DNA of 64,000 nt from assembly GCA_049322255.1 (NCBI GenBank), contig JBMORE010000054.1, positions 1-64,000 on the forward strand, written 5' to 3'. Below, piece after piece: positions 47,016 through 57,034 of this stretch. A model generated the notes under the pieces. It searched no databases and had not been told where the DNA came from. It saw nothing but the letters and a program-made list of their open reading frames with translations. The first letter of the stretch is position 1. Every line of letters begins with the position of its first letter. The translations under genes were made by a program, and so were the position numbers. The stretch is from Myxococcota bacterium (GTDB lineage Bacteria; Myxococcota; Myxococcia; Myxococcales; Myxococcaceae).

Positions 47016-49937
47016 CTAGCGACGGCGGCGAAGGGCGAGCGCCAGTGCGGCCAGAGCCCACAGGGAGGCAAGCTCCGGTGGCCCTCCCGTACAACCACAA
47101 CCGCCCTTGGGTGGCGCTCCACCGACAACCTCGGTCGTGAACGGCGCGAGCGCGCGGGAGCCGTCCACCGATGTGGCGAGCACGGTGAAGTTGTAGACGC
47201 CCAGCTGCGCCTCCTCGGCCACCGTGCCCCCGACGACGCCTTCGCTGCTCAAGGAGAGCCCCAACGGCAGGCGGCCCGAGTACAGGCCAAAGCTGGCCTG
47301 GGCACCGGCCAAGGAAAGTGCCGCCGAGACCTCCTGACCACGGTAAAGCTGTTCCGGCACCGTCCCCGTCACCTGGGCGGAGTTGGAGTAGACGACCAGC
47401 ACGAAGTCGGCCACGTCGCTGCGGCCCTTGCCGTCGCTGACTTGTAGGGTGAAGGGGAAGTTCCCGGCCCGGGTAGGCACACCGCGAATCAAGAGCACTT
47501 CGTCGGTGGGCTCGAGCAAAAGACCTTGCGGGAGCCCCCCGCCCACCACCGCCCATTCGATGGGCTGACTCACCGGACTGGAATCGGCGTTCTGGGCGGC
47601 GACGTCGATGAGGTACTCCGAGCCGACGTTGCCCGGCGGCAGCACCAGGGTTTTGATGAGGAACGAGCTCGCGTCGACGACGGCCAGGGTGTAGGCGCGC
47701 ACCTCGCTGTTTCCCGCCCGGTCGCGGACCCTGAGGGAAAAATCAGCGGTGGTGCCAATGACATCGCTGGGCACCCCGGAGAGAGCCCCCGATTCGGAAA
47801 GAACGAGCCCGGTGGGCAGCCGCCCCGACTCCAGCGACCAGGTGTAGGGGCCGATCCCTCCCTGCGCTGAGAGGAAGTGCTCGTACGCGACCAGGCGCAC
47901 CGCCGGCGGGAGCTGGCGAGTGGTGATGGTGAGCGAGGCGGTGAGCGGAACCACCCGCAAGACCAGACGCGCCTCGACCGACTTTTGCCCCGAGGTGACC
48001 ACCACCGAAAAGACGGCGGTGGTGGAGGCGGAGGGGGTGCCGTGCAGGAGGCCGCTCGCGTCGAGGGTCAACCCCGCGGGGAGGTCTCCGGCGTTGGGCT
48101 TGAGGGCGAACGAATAGGTGCCGTCACCGCCCGCTGCCGCGAGCCGATAGTCGTAGGGCAACCCCAGCACCGCGTCCGGCAGCGAGGGGTTGGTCACCCG
48201 AAGCGCTTGCGCGACGACCTCCACCGTCTGCGAGGCCAGAGCGTTGTTGGCCTCGGAGATTTCCAGCACGGCCCCGCTGCCCCCCGGCTCAGCGGGGTCG
48301 ACCAAGACACCGAGGTAGTAGGTGGCAAACGGCGTCCCCGAAGGGACTCGGACGACATCGGTGGCCGAATCCTGCTCCCCCACCCCGAGCGTCACCGTGC
48401 CCCCGGTCGATTCGCCAGCGGCGGTGACGACGTGGAGCGGCACGTCGTCGAGGGTGATGATCGAATTGGCCGAAAGAAAGTACCGGTACGCTGCCGGGCC
48501 CGCGTCGCGGTTGCCGGAGTTGCGCACCGTGCGGCTGACCACCATCAGCTCCCCCGCGCCCACCCTGGAGGGGCCGGCGAGCGCGGTGGCGATGAGGTCG
48601 GGCGCCGGTCCACGAACCTTGGTGGGGCTCGAGCGGTTGATGTTGTTGAAGGTCGACGTCTCCGAGAGCCCCACCGCGGTGGCCGCGGCGAAGAAGGAGA
48701 AGTCGCCCGGTACCAGGCTGGCCCCGCCCGCGGTCGTGCTGGGCACCGGCGCGGTGAGGCTGACCACCATCGTCGCCCCTGGCCCGAGGGTGAGGTTTCG
48801 TACGTCACCGATGAACGGATCGTTGAACGCGTTCAGCGTCTCGTTTTCCGAGAGGTAGAAGGCCACCTCGAAGTTGGTGGCGGTGGCGCCGCCCACGTTG
48901 GCGACGGTGACGTCGAGGCGAACGTTCTCGCCGAAGAACGCAGCCTCGGCGGGGCCGTGGGGCGGGGTGGGGTCGAGCACCAGCACCGGATCGACCGAGA
49001 GATCGGCCTGACGGGCGTTGAAGGTGGTCGGACTGGCGACGACGTTGTTCCCCTCGGCCGCCTCGAAAATGGCGCCCGCCGACGGCCCGTCATCGAGCTG
49101 CAAAAGGAAGTAGTAGTTCCCGGTGGGGACGGAGCCGGGCAGGTTGTAGGAGACGTCGGTGTCGACCGTCTGCCCACCGGTGAGGGTCATCGATCCCTGG
49201 TGCACCAGATAGTCCGTGGCGCTCCAGAGCACGTCGCTCGAGAGCCAAACCTTGTAGTCCACNNNNNNNNNNNNNNNNNNNNNNNNNNNNNNNNNNNNNN
49301 NNNNNNNNNNNNNNNNNNNNNNNNNNNNNNNNNNNNNNNNNNNNNNNNNNNNNNNNNNNNNNGGGTCCTCGATGCCCGCGCTGGCGGAGAGCAGCTGGCC
49401 GGCGCCGGTGAGCGGACCGTAGTAGAGCTCGATCAAGCCGTTCTCCCACAGCCGCACCTGAAAAGTGAGGGAGTAGAACGAGGTCGCGTGGAAGTGGTTC
49501 CACTCGCTCCACTCGATGGCGATGCCCGCGCCGTCGGGCCCGGTGAGCGCCTCGGAGCGCAGGCGGCTCAAAGGGTTGGTGCCGGCGAGGTCGTCCCACA
49601 GCGGGGCGATCACCGCCTGAGGAGTGCCCGCGTAGGGAATGGGGCGATTGAGCGACAGCACACTGGTGTACGGCTCGAAGTGAATCAGCCCGTCGGAGGA
49701 GACGGTCACCTGGGTGTATGCCCGGTTGAAGTACGGGAAAGTGAATCCCAGCGGAAGGGTGACGCGCCCCTGATCGACGGGGTTGCTCCCTGTGAAGACG
49801 GGCTGGAGTGCGAGCGTCGTCGGCGCGCTCAACGCTGGATAGGTCACGTTGTTGGTGGTGGTGGCGAGGTACGTCTGGGCAGACCCCCACCCTGCGCTCA
49901 AGAGCACGGTCGCCAGAGCGATTCGCTGCAAGGACAT
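47016..49937 (-). CDS. Stand-alone NIDO-like + CARDB + putative-Ig protein with MYXO-CTERM (interrupted by assembly gap)
   Basis: Start MSLQRIALATVLLSAGWGSA/Q with AGGA upstream; collinear with module 1 of 37406-43504; C-terminal KGGCGC-TM-RRRR. Confidence 0.8.
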   Translation of the reverse strand: MSLQRIALATVLLSAGWGSAQTYLATTTNNVTYPALSAPTTLALQPVFTGSNPVDQGRVTLPLGFTFPYFNRAYTQVTVSSDGLIHFEPYTSVLSLNRPIPYAGTPQAVIAPLWDDLAGTNPLSRLRSEALTGPDGAGIAIEWSEWNHFHATSFYSLTFQVRLWENGLIELYYGPLTGAGQLLSASAGIEDXXXXXXXXXXXXXXXXXXXXXXXXXXXXXXXXXXVDYKVWLSSDVLWSATDYLVHQGSMTLTGGQTVDTDVSYNLPGSVPTGNYYFLLQLDDGPSAGAIFEAAEGNNVVASPTTFNARQADLSVDPVLVLDPTPPHGPAEAAFFGENVRLDVTVANVGGATATNFEVAFYLSENETLNAFNDPFIGDVRNLTLGPGATMVVSLTAPVPSTTAGGASLVPGDFSFFAAATAVGLSETSTFNNINRSSPTKVRGPAPDLIATALAGPSRVGAGELMVVSRTVRNSGNRDAGPAAYRYFLSANSIITLDDVPLHVVTAAGESTGGTVTLGVGEQDSATDVVRVPSGTPFATYYLGVLVDPAEPGGSGAVLEISEANNALASQTVEVVAQALRVTNPSLPDAVLGLPYDYRLAAAGGDGTYSFALKPNAGDLPAGLTLDASGLLHGTPSASTTAVFSVVVTSGQKSVEARLVLRVVPLTASLTITTRQLPPAVRLVAYEHFLSAQGGIGPYTWSLESGRLPTGLVLSESGALSGVPSDVIGTTADFSLRVRDRAGNSEVRAYTLAVVDASSFLIKTLVLPPGNVGSEYLIDVAAQNADSSPVSQPIEWAVVGGGLPQGLLLEPTDEVLLIRGVPTRAGNFPFTLQVSDGKGRSDVADFVLVVYSNSAQVTGTVPEQLYRGQEVSAALSLAGAQASFGLYSGRLPLGLSLSSEGVVGGTVAEEAQLGVYNFTVLATSVDGSRALAPFTTEVVGGAPPKGGCGCTGGPPELASLWALAALALALRRRR
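49263..49362. other. Assembly gap (100 N placeholder)
   Basis: Run of exactly 100 n. Confidence 0.99.
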
Positions 49938-50000
49938 CGAAACCGTTCCTTTCGAAGGCCGGCGCCACGAAAGCTTATATGCCAAACTCCACCGATAGAC

Positions 50001-51080
50001 ATGACCGCGTGGCTCGCCGCTGCAGTCCTTTTCGCCGCTCCTGCCCGTGGGAAGGCGCACGACACGCTGCACCAGCAGTGCCTCCTCTACGCCGCCGATC
50101 CCAAGAACCCCTGGGCGCTCGCGCACGGCATCACCGCGCTGGGGCCGAAGTTCGCCGCCGCCGATGGTCGAGTCGCCTCCCAGGTCATCGTGGGCGACTT
50201 CTTGAAAAAGGGCGGCCCCCCCGAGGGCAACCCCTACTCCTTCGATCGCTACGCACCCGACCGCACTCCCATCGAGCCCCACTCCAACCTGCAGGTGAAG
50301 ACGCTGGTGCTCGCGGGAGTGCCGCTCACCACGTCGTTCCCGGCGCCGTTCGGCAAGGTGACGCTGCAAGAGCTTCTGCGCGGAGTGGAGCGCGGCTTTC
50401 GCCACGTGCCACAGAACGAGGCCTACTGGCGGGAGGTGGCGTGGACGTTGGACCTGCTCTCGGCCACGCGGACGCCGGCGAAGGCCTCCTTCCAACACGG
50501 CGGCGGCGAAGCGGTCGACTTCCAAAGGGTGATGGACGATGCGCTGACCTATTTGGAGTCGGCGCAACAGGAGATCGCCGAGGGCATGGACAAGGGCCTG
50601 GCGCGCGTGGACAAGCGAAAGCAAGGCATCTACGCCCACACCTGCGGCGGGTTGCACTTGTTCCAGGCGGTGGCGAGCTGGGCGCGCTTTGCCGAAGTGA
50701 AGAAGAAGTGGGGCAAGCGCCTCGACCGGCAAATCGACGTGCTGTTCTACCGGCTCGACTCCGAGGCCAAGCAGTACGAAGAGGCGCTGCAGAAGGCGCC
50801 GCAATACAAGCTGCAGCTGCTCACCCAGATGGTGAAGTTCTACGGCCACTTCCTCGAGACCACCGGGCGGCTCAAGGTGGAGAACCGCTTCGTTCCGAGC
50901 AAGGCTCAGCGCCAACAGATCGCCAAGGCCAAGGCGCTCCTCGATTGGGCGGTGCGCGAACTGGAGGCGCAGAAGGCGTTCGCCTCGATGGAACAGCTCA
51001 AGGCCTCCCAACCGCAGATCTACCTCGATCTCATCGGCGACGCCTGTCATGCCGCACACGGCCTTGCCTATTGGAAGTGA
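50001..51080 (+). CDS. Exported hypothetical all-helical protein
   Basis: Start MTAWLAAAVLFAAPA; motifs NPWALAHG, HTCGGLH, KFYGHFLE, GDACHA; upstream part of the 1067-aa ORF call is shadow. Confidence 0.75.
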   Translation: MTAWLAAAVLFAAPARGKAHDTLHQQCLLYAADPKNPWALAHGITALGPKFAAADGRVASQVIVGDFLKKGGPPEGNPYSFDRYAPDRTPIEPHSNLQVKTLVLAGVPLTTSFPAPFGKVTLQELLRGVERGFRHVPQNEAYWREVAWTLDLLSATRTPAKASFQHGGGEAVDFQRVMDDALTYLESAQQEIAEGMDKGLARVDKRKQGIYAHTCGGLHLFQAVASWARFAEVKKKWGKRLDRQIDVLFYRLDSEAKQYEEALQKAPQYKLQLLTQMVKFYGHFLETTGRLKVENRFVPSKAQRQQIAKAKALLDWAVRELEAQKAFASMEQLKASQPQIYLDLIGDACHAAHGLAYWK

Positions 51081-51121
51081 ATGGAGCGCCTCTGTATCAT
51101 GACACCCAAGAAGGAAGTCGT

Positions 51122-51670
51122 ATGAGTCATCGAGCAGTCGCGGCGGTCGTCACCACGGTCGCCGCCGGCATCGCGTTTGCGGATCCACCTTGTGCCGCAC
51201 CCCCGCTGCCTGAAAAAGCTGTGCAAGACATCATCGAGAAGGAACGCCGGACCCGGACTGACCTCCCGTCGGCGTTCAAGAAGGCCAGCTGGACGGTGAC
51301 ACGACGTGGCTGTCACTACACCGCCATCGAGTCCATGCTCCCTCCGACACCCGAGGCGAGCCACATCTTCACGCTGAACCAACACGGAGCAATCGTCGAT
51401 GTGATCATCGGCAACTCCCCAGAAAGCCCGCTTCGGTGCCCCGACAAAGTGCTCACCGAGCTCCAGCTTGCGCAAGTCGTGAAGAGCGAGCGTGCCAAAC
51501 GCCCCGGTCTCCATGCCCCCTTCCCGAAGTCCAAGACCAGAGTCGTCCGCCAGCGCTGCCTCTTCCTCTATTTCGAGTATGCGCTGCCGGAACGTCGAGG
51601 CGACTACCAGGTCTTCACCATCGATCCTCTGGGTGAGTTGATCGACGCCTCCAGAAGCCAACCCTACTGA
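51122..51670 (+). CDS. Exported protein with two tandem ~75-aa homologous domains
   Basis: Signal MSHRAVAAVVTTVAAGIAFA/D with AGGA upstream; duplicated C..ER..R..L..F..V.R..C..E..LP..FT..G..D. Confidence 0.7.
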   Translation: MSHRAVAAVVTTVAAGIAFADPPCAAPPLPEKAVQDIIEKERRTRTDLPSAFKKASWTVTRRGCHYTAIESMLPPTPEASHIFTLNQHGAIVDVIIGNSPESPLRCPDKVLTELQLAQVVKSERAKRPGLHAPFPKSKTRVVRQRCLFLYFEYALPERRGDYQVFTIDPLGELIDASRSQPY

Positions 51671-52487
51671 TGAGGAGCTTCGTTCCCCTGAAGCGCCACT
51701 CCTGGACGCACTTCATCGCGTGTGCCTTGTCCGTTTCCGCGACGGCGAAGATGCCAAACCGTCTGCGTGAGTCTTTGTCTGAGTCAGCTCTCGCTGCTCT
51801 GAAGGCCGCGGCAGAGCACGACCCGCAGAAAGCGATTGTGCTGGCGCGCCGCTACCGGCAGGGCGACGGAGTCGACAAAAATCTGGCTACCGCCGAGTCG
51901 TGGGCGAAGAAAACCCTGACACTTCCGGCCGGGCAGCTGGAGCCGGCGCGGGTTTATCTCGACCGTGGCGATCGTTCCGAAGGACTTCGCTGGATGACGT
52001 CCGCCGCCGAGGCCGGTAACGCCGAAGCCGCCTACGAGCTCGGCAGCTGGCTCCTCAATGGCACCTTCGGAGTCAAAGACGTGGTGGCCGCGGTGCGATG
52101 GTTCGAAAAATCCGGCGACCTCGGCCGGCCACAGAGCTACTACGACCTGGCTACGATCTACCGACTCGGGATTTCGGCCCCGATGTCAAAGGAGGCAGCG
52201 GCGCGCCCAAAGACGAGCAAGCGGCGGCGCGACTGTTTCACCAGGCCGCCGAGCGGGGGCTCGTCCGCGGCGCGGTAAGCCTTGTCTTCCTCTATCGAGA
52301 TGGCCGCGGAGTTCCAAAGAATCTTGTCGAAGCTTACAAGTGGTGCCTCGTGGCAAAACCCGCCTGGTGGTTCAAAGAGGGTGATGACAGGGCGATCGAG
52401 AAAGCGCTGACACCCGAGCATCGCGCTGAGGCAGAACGGCGGGCGAAAGAATTCTCGTCGCGCCATCCACTTCAAATCGCGCGTTGA
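51670..52487 (+). pseudogene. Sel1-like repeat protein, frameshifted near 52170-52190
   Basis: Sel1 units (Y.QGDGVDKN, GNAEAAYELG, KDVVAAVRWF) in one frame continue as PKDEQAAARLF..YRDGRGVPKNLVEAYKW in the -1 frame. Confidence 0.7.
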
Positions 52488-52529
52488 ACGAGCGCACACG
52501 GGCTCGCCTATTCAGTAGAGTCGGCCCCC

Positions 52530-55490
52530 ATGCGAACCGCTCGAATCGTTGTGTGGGTTGGCGCCTTCGCCGCCGTCGTCGTGCTCGGTACTGCTTGCGC
52601 GAAGGAAGGCTGTCTTGCCGGCGAGCCCGGGTGCCACGTCAGCCCTCCCTGCCAGAAGGTTTCCTTCCAGTGCGCCAGCCCCGGTGCCCTCTCGGTGAAG
52701 GTCATCGATAATGCCTCTGAACGTCCTGGCGGCTCCAACGCCCTGGGCGCCAAAGGCGACGTGTTGCTTTCCAACGGCACCGCGGTGGCCGTCATCTCGG
52801 CGCTAGGTAATCAGAATTACCTCGATCCCAACGGCGGGTCGCTGCTCGACCTCTCCGTCGCCGGAAACGGCAACGATGGAATCAACCAGGTGTTGCAGGT
52901 GGTGGGCATCCTCCCGCGCGATGCGGCGCACTTCACCGAGCTGGAGATCATCGACGAGCGGCCCCAGCGGGTGGCGGTGCAGGTGAAAGGCACCCTCGAT
53001 GGCAACCCGAATCACCCGGTGTACACCCTCTACGAGATGCGCCCGTGCGATCCCGGCGTGCGCATCCGCACCGAGCTGGTCAACGCCTCCACCGACCCGC
53101 AAGCCTGGGCGCTGATGGACGGCTGGTACTGGAGCAAGCGCGAGCCGATTCCCTTCACTCCCCACGCGGGCGAGGGCTACACACACCCCTCCTTCAACCT
53201 CCTCACCATCGACGGGGTGTTCCACACCTTCCCGTTCCTGGCGGCCACCATCCACTCCCCGCCCTACTCCAGCTATTCGGAGGTGAGCTGCACCGAAAAG
53301 AGCATCTCCGGGTTCAACAGCGACGTCGTCTCCGCGGTGGGGCTGCCCAAGCAGGTGGTTCGGCCGCGCGACTATCTGGTCTATGAGCGCTTCATCGGCG
53401 TGGCGGACAAGGGCGACGCCGAAGCGGGAGCACAGATCGCCCACGAGGTGCGCCGGCAGGTGCTGGGGGAAACGTACGTTTCCCTCCAAGGCAAGGTCGA
53501 GCGCCCCGGCGCTGCCACCTTGGGCGAGCGCGACGTGAGCATCCTCTTCAGCGAAGGAACGCTCGCAGACCCCCGGGAGGCCCGCATCCCCTGGACTCAA
53601 GTGGCTCCCGCCGCCGACGGCTCCTTCACCGCGCGGGTGCCGGCCGGGAAGCGCTACGTCCTCGAGGCGCACTCCTTCGGGAAGAAGGCGGTGGAAAAGG
53701 ACCTCGAGGTGGGTTCGGAGAGCGTCGACGTCGGCGTGCTCACCCTCCCCTCCACCGCTGAGGTGAGTCTGATCGTCCTCGACGTGCAGACGGCGCAGGG
53801 CATCGACGCCGAAATCTTCGTCGTCCCCGCCGACGAGGCGACGAAAGAGAACACCAGCGGCTCCTTCCACGGAGAGCTGGGCAGCTGCTCCCCCTGGCTG
53901 GGGCCTCCGCCCGGCGCGTCCCCGGCCTGCAACCGCGTGCTGGTGCGCAACGGCCGAACGACCGCCGAAATCCCCGCAGGCCGGTACCACCTCTACGCCT
54001 TCCACGGGCCGTTCTGGACTTTGGCGCGGGAGACGATCGATCTCACGCCGACCGCGCACACAGTGCTCTTTTCCTTGCGCCGGCTGCCGCTGCGCCCTTT
54101 GGGTACGGTCTCCGCCGACTTGCACGTGCACGGCTCGGCGAGCTTCGACAGCCAGATCCCCGACTATGACCGGGTGCTCTCCTTCTCCGCCGCCGATTTG
54201 GAGGTCATCGTCGCCACCGATCACGACGTGGTCTACGACTATGCCCAGATCGTCCGCCAGCTCGGCCTCCAAGACCGCATGAGCACCGTGGTCGGCCTGG
54301 AGAGCACCGGCCACATCCCGTGGATGCGGGTGCCGGGCAACTCCTTCCCGCTGGTGATCGGCCACTACAACTTCTGGCCGCTGGTCTACGACCCCGCCAA
54401 GCCGCGCAACGGAGGCCCCCTCGACGAGCTCATCGAGCCGGGCGAGCTGTTCGACCGCGTCGCTCCTCTCTTCACCGGGGTGTCGCTCATCGAGCTCAAC
54501 CACCCGTGGGCCGATGCCGAGTTCGGGCGCGACCTGGGCTTTCCCCGCGCGCTGGGCCTCAACCTCCTGGAAGATCTCCCCAGCGGCGACGACGGCACCC
54601 GCGGCGGCATGTACGTGCGTTCGCCCAAGGGCGGCATGAAGAACAACGACCACCACGCCCAGGAAGTGATGAACGGCTCGCAGAACGACCTCTTCCTGCC
54701 CTACCGCGCCTTCTGGTGGTACACGCTCAACCAAGGCCAGCTGCGCACCGGCACCGCGAACAGCGACTCGCACGGGCTCACCGACAACACCGTGGGCATG
54801 CCGCGCAACGTCGTCTGGGCCGACACTCAGTCCGGCCCCAGCTTCGACGTCGACCGCTTCAACACCGCAGTGCGTGGAGGCGAAGTCTTGGGCACCAACG
54901 GGCCGATCATCGAAGCCACCCTCACCGACGAGGAGAGCAACGCCCGCCGCCCCTCGCTGGCGGTCTTTCGACCCAAACCAGGCGGCGCGGTGCGGGTGCG
55001 GGTCAGCGCGGCGCCCTGGGTGCCGATCGAGGAGATTCGCTTCGTGGTGAACGGCAAAGTGGCGAAGACCCTCGACGCCTCCGCGCTCAGCCATCCGGCC
55101 GATCCGTTTGGGGTCACCGGGCTTTCGCGCTTGGACGCTGAGGTGCCGCTGAGCGAGCTTCTTCCCACCAGCGGCGACGCGTGGATATCGATCGAAGCCG
55201 GAAGCCGCTTGCCGCTGTACGGCGATTTAGGCGGCCCTGACGACCGGCCCGACGGCGTTCCCGACACCACCGACAACAACGGCGACCGGGTGGTGGACCA
55301 GGCCGACGTCGGCGAAGGCCGCTCCACCGGGCCGTTGGCCAATCCTCCCGTCCCCACCGACGAGACGAACCCCGTGTACCACTTCGCCCAGCTCACCGGC
55401 GGCTACCCGCTGGCGTTCACCAACCCCTTCGTGCTCGACCTCGACGGCAACGGCCGCTTCGACGCCCCGAAGAGCCAAGGAGGCAAGTGA
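52530..55490 (+). CDS. Large lipoprotein with PHP-like (CehA/McbA-type) metallohydrolase domain
   Basis: Lipobox GTA/C; ADLHVH, TDHD, GHYN, NHP, NSDSH metal ligands; Ca-binding-like DNNGD and DLDGNG. Confidence 0.75.
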   Translation: MRTARIVVWVGAFAAVVVLGTACAKEGCLAGEPGCHVSPPCQKVSFQCASPGALSVKVIDNASERPGGSNALGAKGDVLLSNGTAVAVISALGNQNYLDPNGGSLLDLSVAGNGNDGINQVLQVVGILPRDAAHFTELEIIDERPQRVAVQVKGTLDGNPNHPVYTLYEMRPCDPGVRIRTELVNASTDPQAWALMDGWYWSKREPIPFTPHAGEGYTHPSFNLLTIDGVFHTFPFLAATIHSPPYSSYSEVSCTEKSISGFNSDVVSAVGLPKQVVRPRDYLVYERFIGVADKGDAEAGAQIAHEVRRQVLGETYVSLQGKVERPGAATLGERDVSILFSEGTLADPREARIPWTQVAPAADGSFTARVPAGKRYVLEAHSFGKKAVEKDLEVGSESVDVGVLTLPSTAEVSLIVLDVQTAQGIDAEIFVVPADEATKENTSGSFHGELGSCSPWLGPPPGASPACNRVLVRNGRTTAEIPAGRYHLYAFHGPFWTLARETIDLTPTAHTVLFSLRRLPLRPLGTVSADLHVHGSASFDSQIPDYDRVLSFSAADLEVIVATDHDVVYDYAQIVRQLGLQDRMSTVVGLESTGHIPWMRVPGNSFPLVIGHYNFWPLVYDPAKPRNGGPLDELIEPGELFDRVAPLFTGVSLIELNHPWADAEFGRDLGFPRALGLNLLEDLPSGDDGTRGGMYVRSPKGGMKNNDHHAQEVMNGSQNDLFLPYRAFWWYTLNQGQLRTGTANSDSHGLTDNTVGMPRNVVWADTQSGPSFDVDRFNTAVRGGEVLGTNGPIIEATLTDEESNARRPSLAVFRPKPGGAVRVRVSAAPWVPIEEIRFVVNGKVAKTLDASALSHPADPFGVTGLSRLDAEVPLSELLPTSGDAWISIEAGSRLPLYGDLGGPDDRPDGVPDTTDNNGDRVVDQADVGEGRSTGPLANPPVPTDETNPVYHFAQLTGGYPLAFTNPFVLDLDGNGRFDAPKSQGGK

Positions 55491-56398
55491 TGAGGCCCGC
55501 TGCGCTGCTCTTGCTCCTGTCGCTCCCCGCGTTCGCTGCCGAGGTACCACCGACCCAGGCTGTTGCACCTGTCGATGGCACCGCTGCGCCCAAGCTCGCT
55601 GAGCCCCCTAGCTCGAACCTCCTCGCCCCGGCCCTTCGGCTGAGCGTCGGACACTGCGCGGCGGAGCGCTTGCGCGGTCTCTTCGAGGGGCCGGTGGCCT
55701 TCGGCTACTACGAAGCCGATGTCGCCACCGGGCGCCGGGCGTGCCCGCGTACCGAAATCGGCCTGGGTGCGAAGGCAGGCGCGGTCATCGACACCCCCGA
55801 CTTTTACGGAGGCATCGCCGCCGACGCACTCCTCTTCGGCAGCTACGCCCTCGATGACACCCGCGAGCTGTTCGCCACCCTCGAGCTTCTCCACTACCAG
55901 TTCGTGCAGAACGCCACCCTCAAGGGCACCAGCCTCGGCCTGGGGCAGCTCACTGCGGGCATGTCGTTCTACGGCTACCAGTCGGGCGCCTTCCGGGGCT
56001 CGACCAGCGCACGGCTGATGCTGCCAACTTCCACACTGGGCAACGCGCGCATCGTGGGCGCAGAGCTGGGGCACGCGCTGAGCTGGCGCGGGCTGTCGAA
56101 ACTCGAGGTGCACGGATATTTGGGGCTCGATTTCTCCGCCGCCCTCTCTGCCGGCCCCGCGCTGCCACGGCTGGGGGGACTCGCCAACGTCGGCGTGCAG
56201 TATTCGCCGCTGCCCTGGCTCGGCCTGGTGCTTGACGTCAACACGCACATAGGAGGGGCGACGGACTACCTGGCTCCGGCCCTGGCGCTTCGAGTGGGCA
56301 CGAGAAGCTTCGGTGCCGAGCTGGGCGCCACGCTTCCGCTTCTGGGCAACGACCGCCACGACGCGGTCGGCGGAATCCGCTTGGCTTATCGTCTGTAG
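55487..56398 (+). CDS. Putative outer-membrane beta-barrel protein
   Basis: Signal peptide AFA/A; alternating Gly/hydrophobic strands; C-terminal IRLAYRL; overlaps upstream stop. Confidence 0.65.
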   Translation: MMRPAALLLLLSLPAFAAEVPPTQAVAPVDGTAAPKLAEPPSSNLLAPALRLSVGHCAAERLRGLFEGPVAFGYYEADVATGRRACPRTEIGLGAKAGAVIDTPDFYGGIAADALLFGSYALDDTRELFATLELLHYQFVQNATLKGTSLGLGQLTAGMSFYGYQSGAFRGSTSARLMLPTSTLGNARIVGAELGHALSWRGLSKLEVHGYLGLDFSAALSAGPALPRLGGLANVGVQYSPLPWLGLVLDVNTHIGGATDYLAPALALRVGTRSFGAELGATLPLLGNDRHDAVGGIRLAYRL

Positions 56399-56458
56399 CT
56401 TTCAAACCGGCGTTGAATGTCCGCTGGACTATCGCGTCAGAGCGACGCTTTCGCCAGG

Positions 56459-56890
56459 ATGGAGGGAACCAAAACGAGATTCATTGTTGCGCGCTTCTCG
56501 CGTTAGCGGGCCTCGATTCGCGCGCCGATGGATTTGATCAGATCGTCGCCTACGTTGCCCAGTCTCCCCGGCGAACTCATCAGCTACTGCATTGGCGACA
56601 TGAATTTCACCCCTTGCTTTGACCTTCCGGCGTTGGTGACGAGCAAACGCGCTTCGGTTTCCCCGGCGACCGATTGGATGAAGCGATTTGGAACGAAATA
56701 CGACCGGCTGAGCGTTTCACCGAAGACGACGATGGTGACGTTAGATGGGAGCAGCACCACAGGTGCCGAGTGGACTGGCACACAGCTCCCAAATGACTAT
56801 GTGCTCATCACTGGAGCTTCGGCCGGAGCGAGCGGCATTTTTCCTCCGGACCTGATGGCGGTACGTCCAAGAGAGGCGAAGCTGAAGTAG
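56459..56890 (+). pseudogene. Possible decayed exported-protein gene
   Basis: Plausible signal peptide and body appear split over three frames (MEGTKTRFIVA / ALLALAGLDSRADG / LPGELISYCIG...). Confidence 0.25.
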
Positions 56891-57034
56891 AACCGGCACC
56901 TGCGTTTGGAGACCACAACGCCGTCGGCGGGGTGCGGTTGTTGTATCGCCTGTAGAGTATGGGGCAGCACCTGGGCGAAGTCCGCGTGCGCATTACCCTG
57001 TAATGCCCTGGCCGGAGGCCGCGAGCGCTGCAAT

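Noticed and set aside
49263..49362. Reading frame preserved across the N run
   Set aside because: 100 N is a placeholder; frame continuity is a 1-in-3 coincidence
47016..51080. 1347-aa (-) and 1067-aa (+) ORF calls suggesting giant overlapping genes
   Set aside because: Real starts are 49937 (-) and 50001 (+), each with a signal peptide; the extensions are shadows of the opposite gene
52160..52200. Programmed -1 frameshift in the Sel1 gene
   Set aside because: No in-frame X XXY YYZ slippery heptamer found; mutation or sequencing error is more likely
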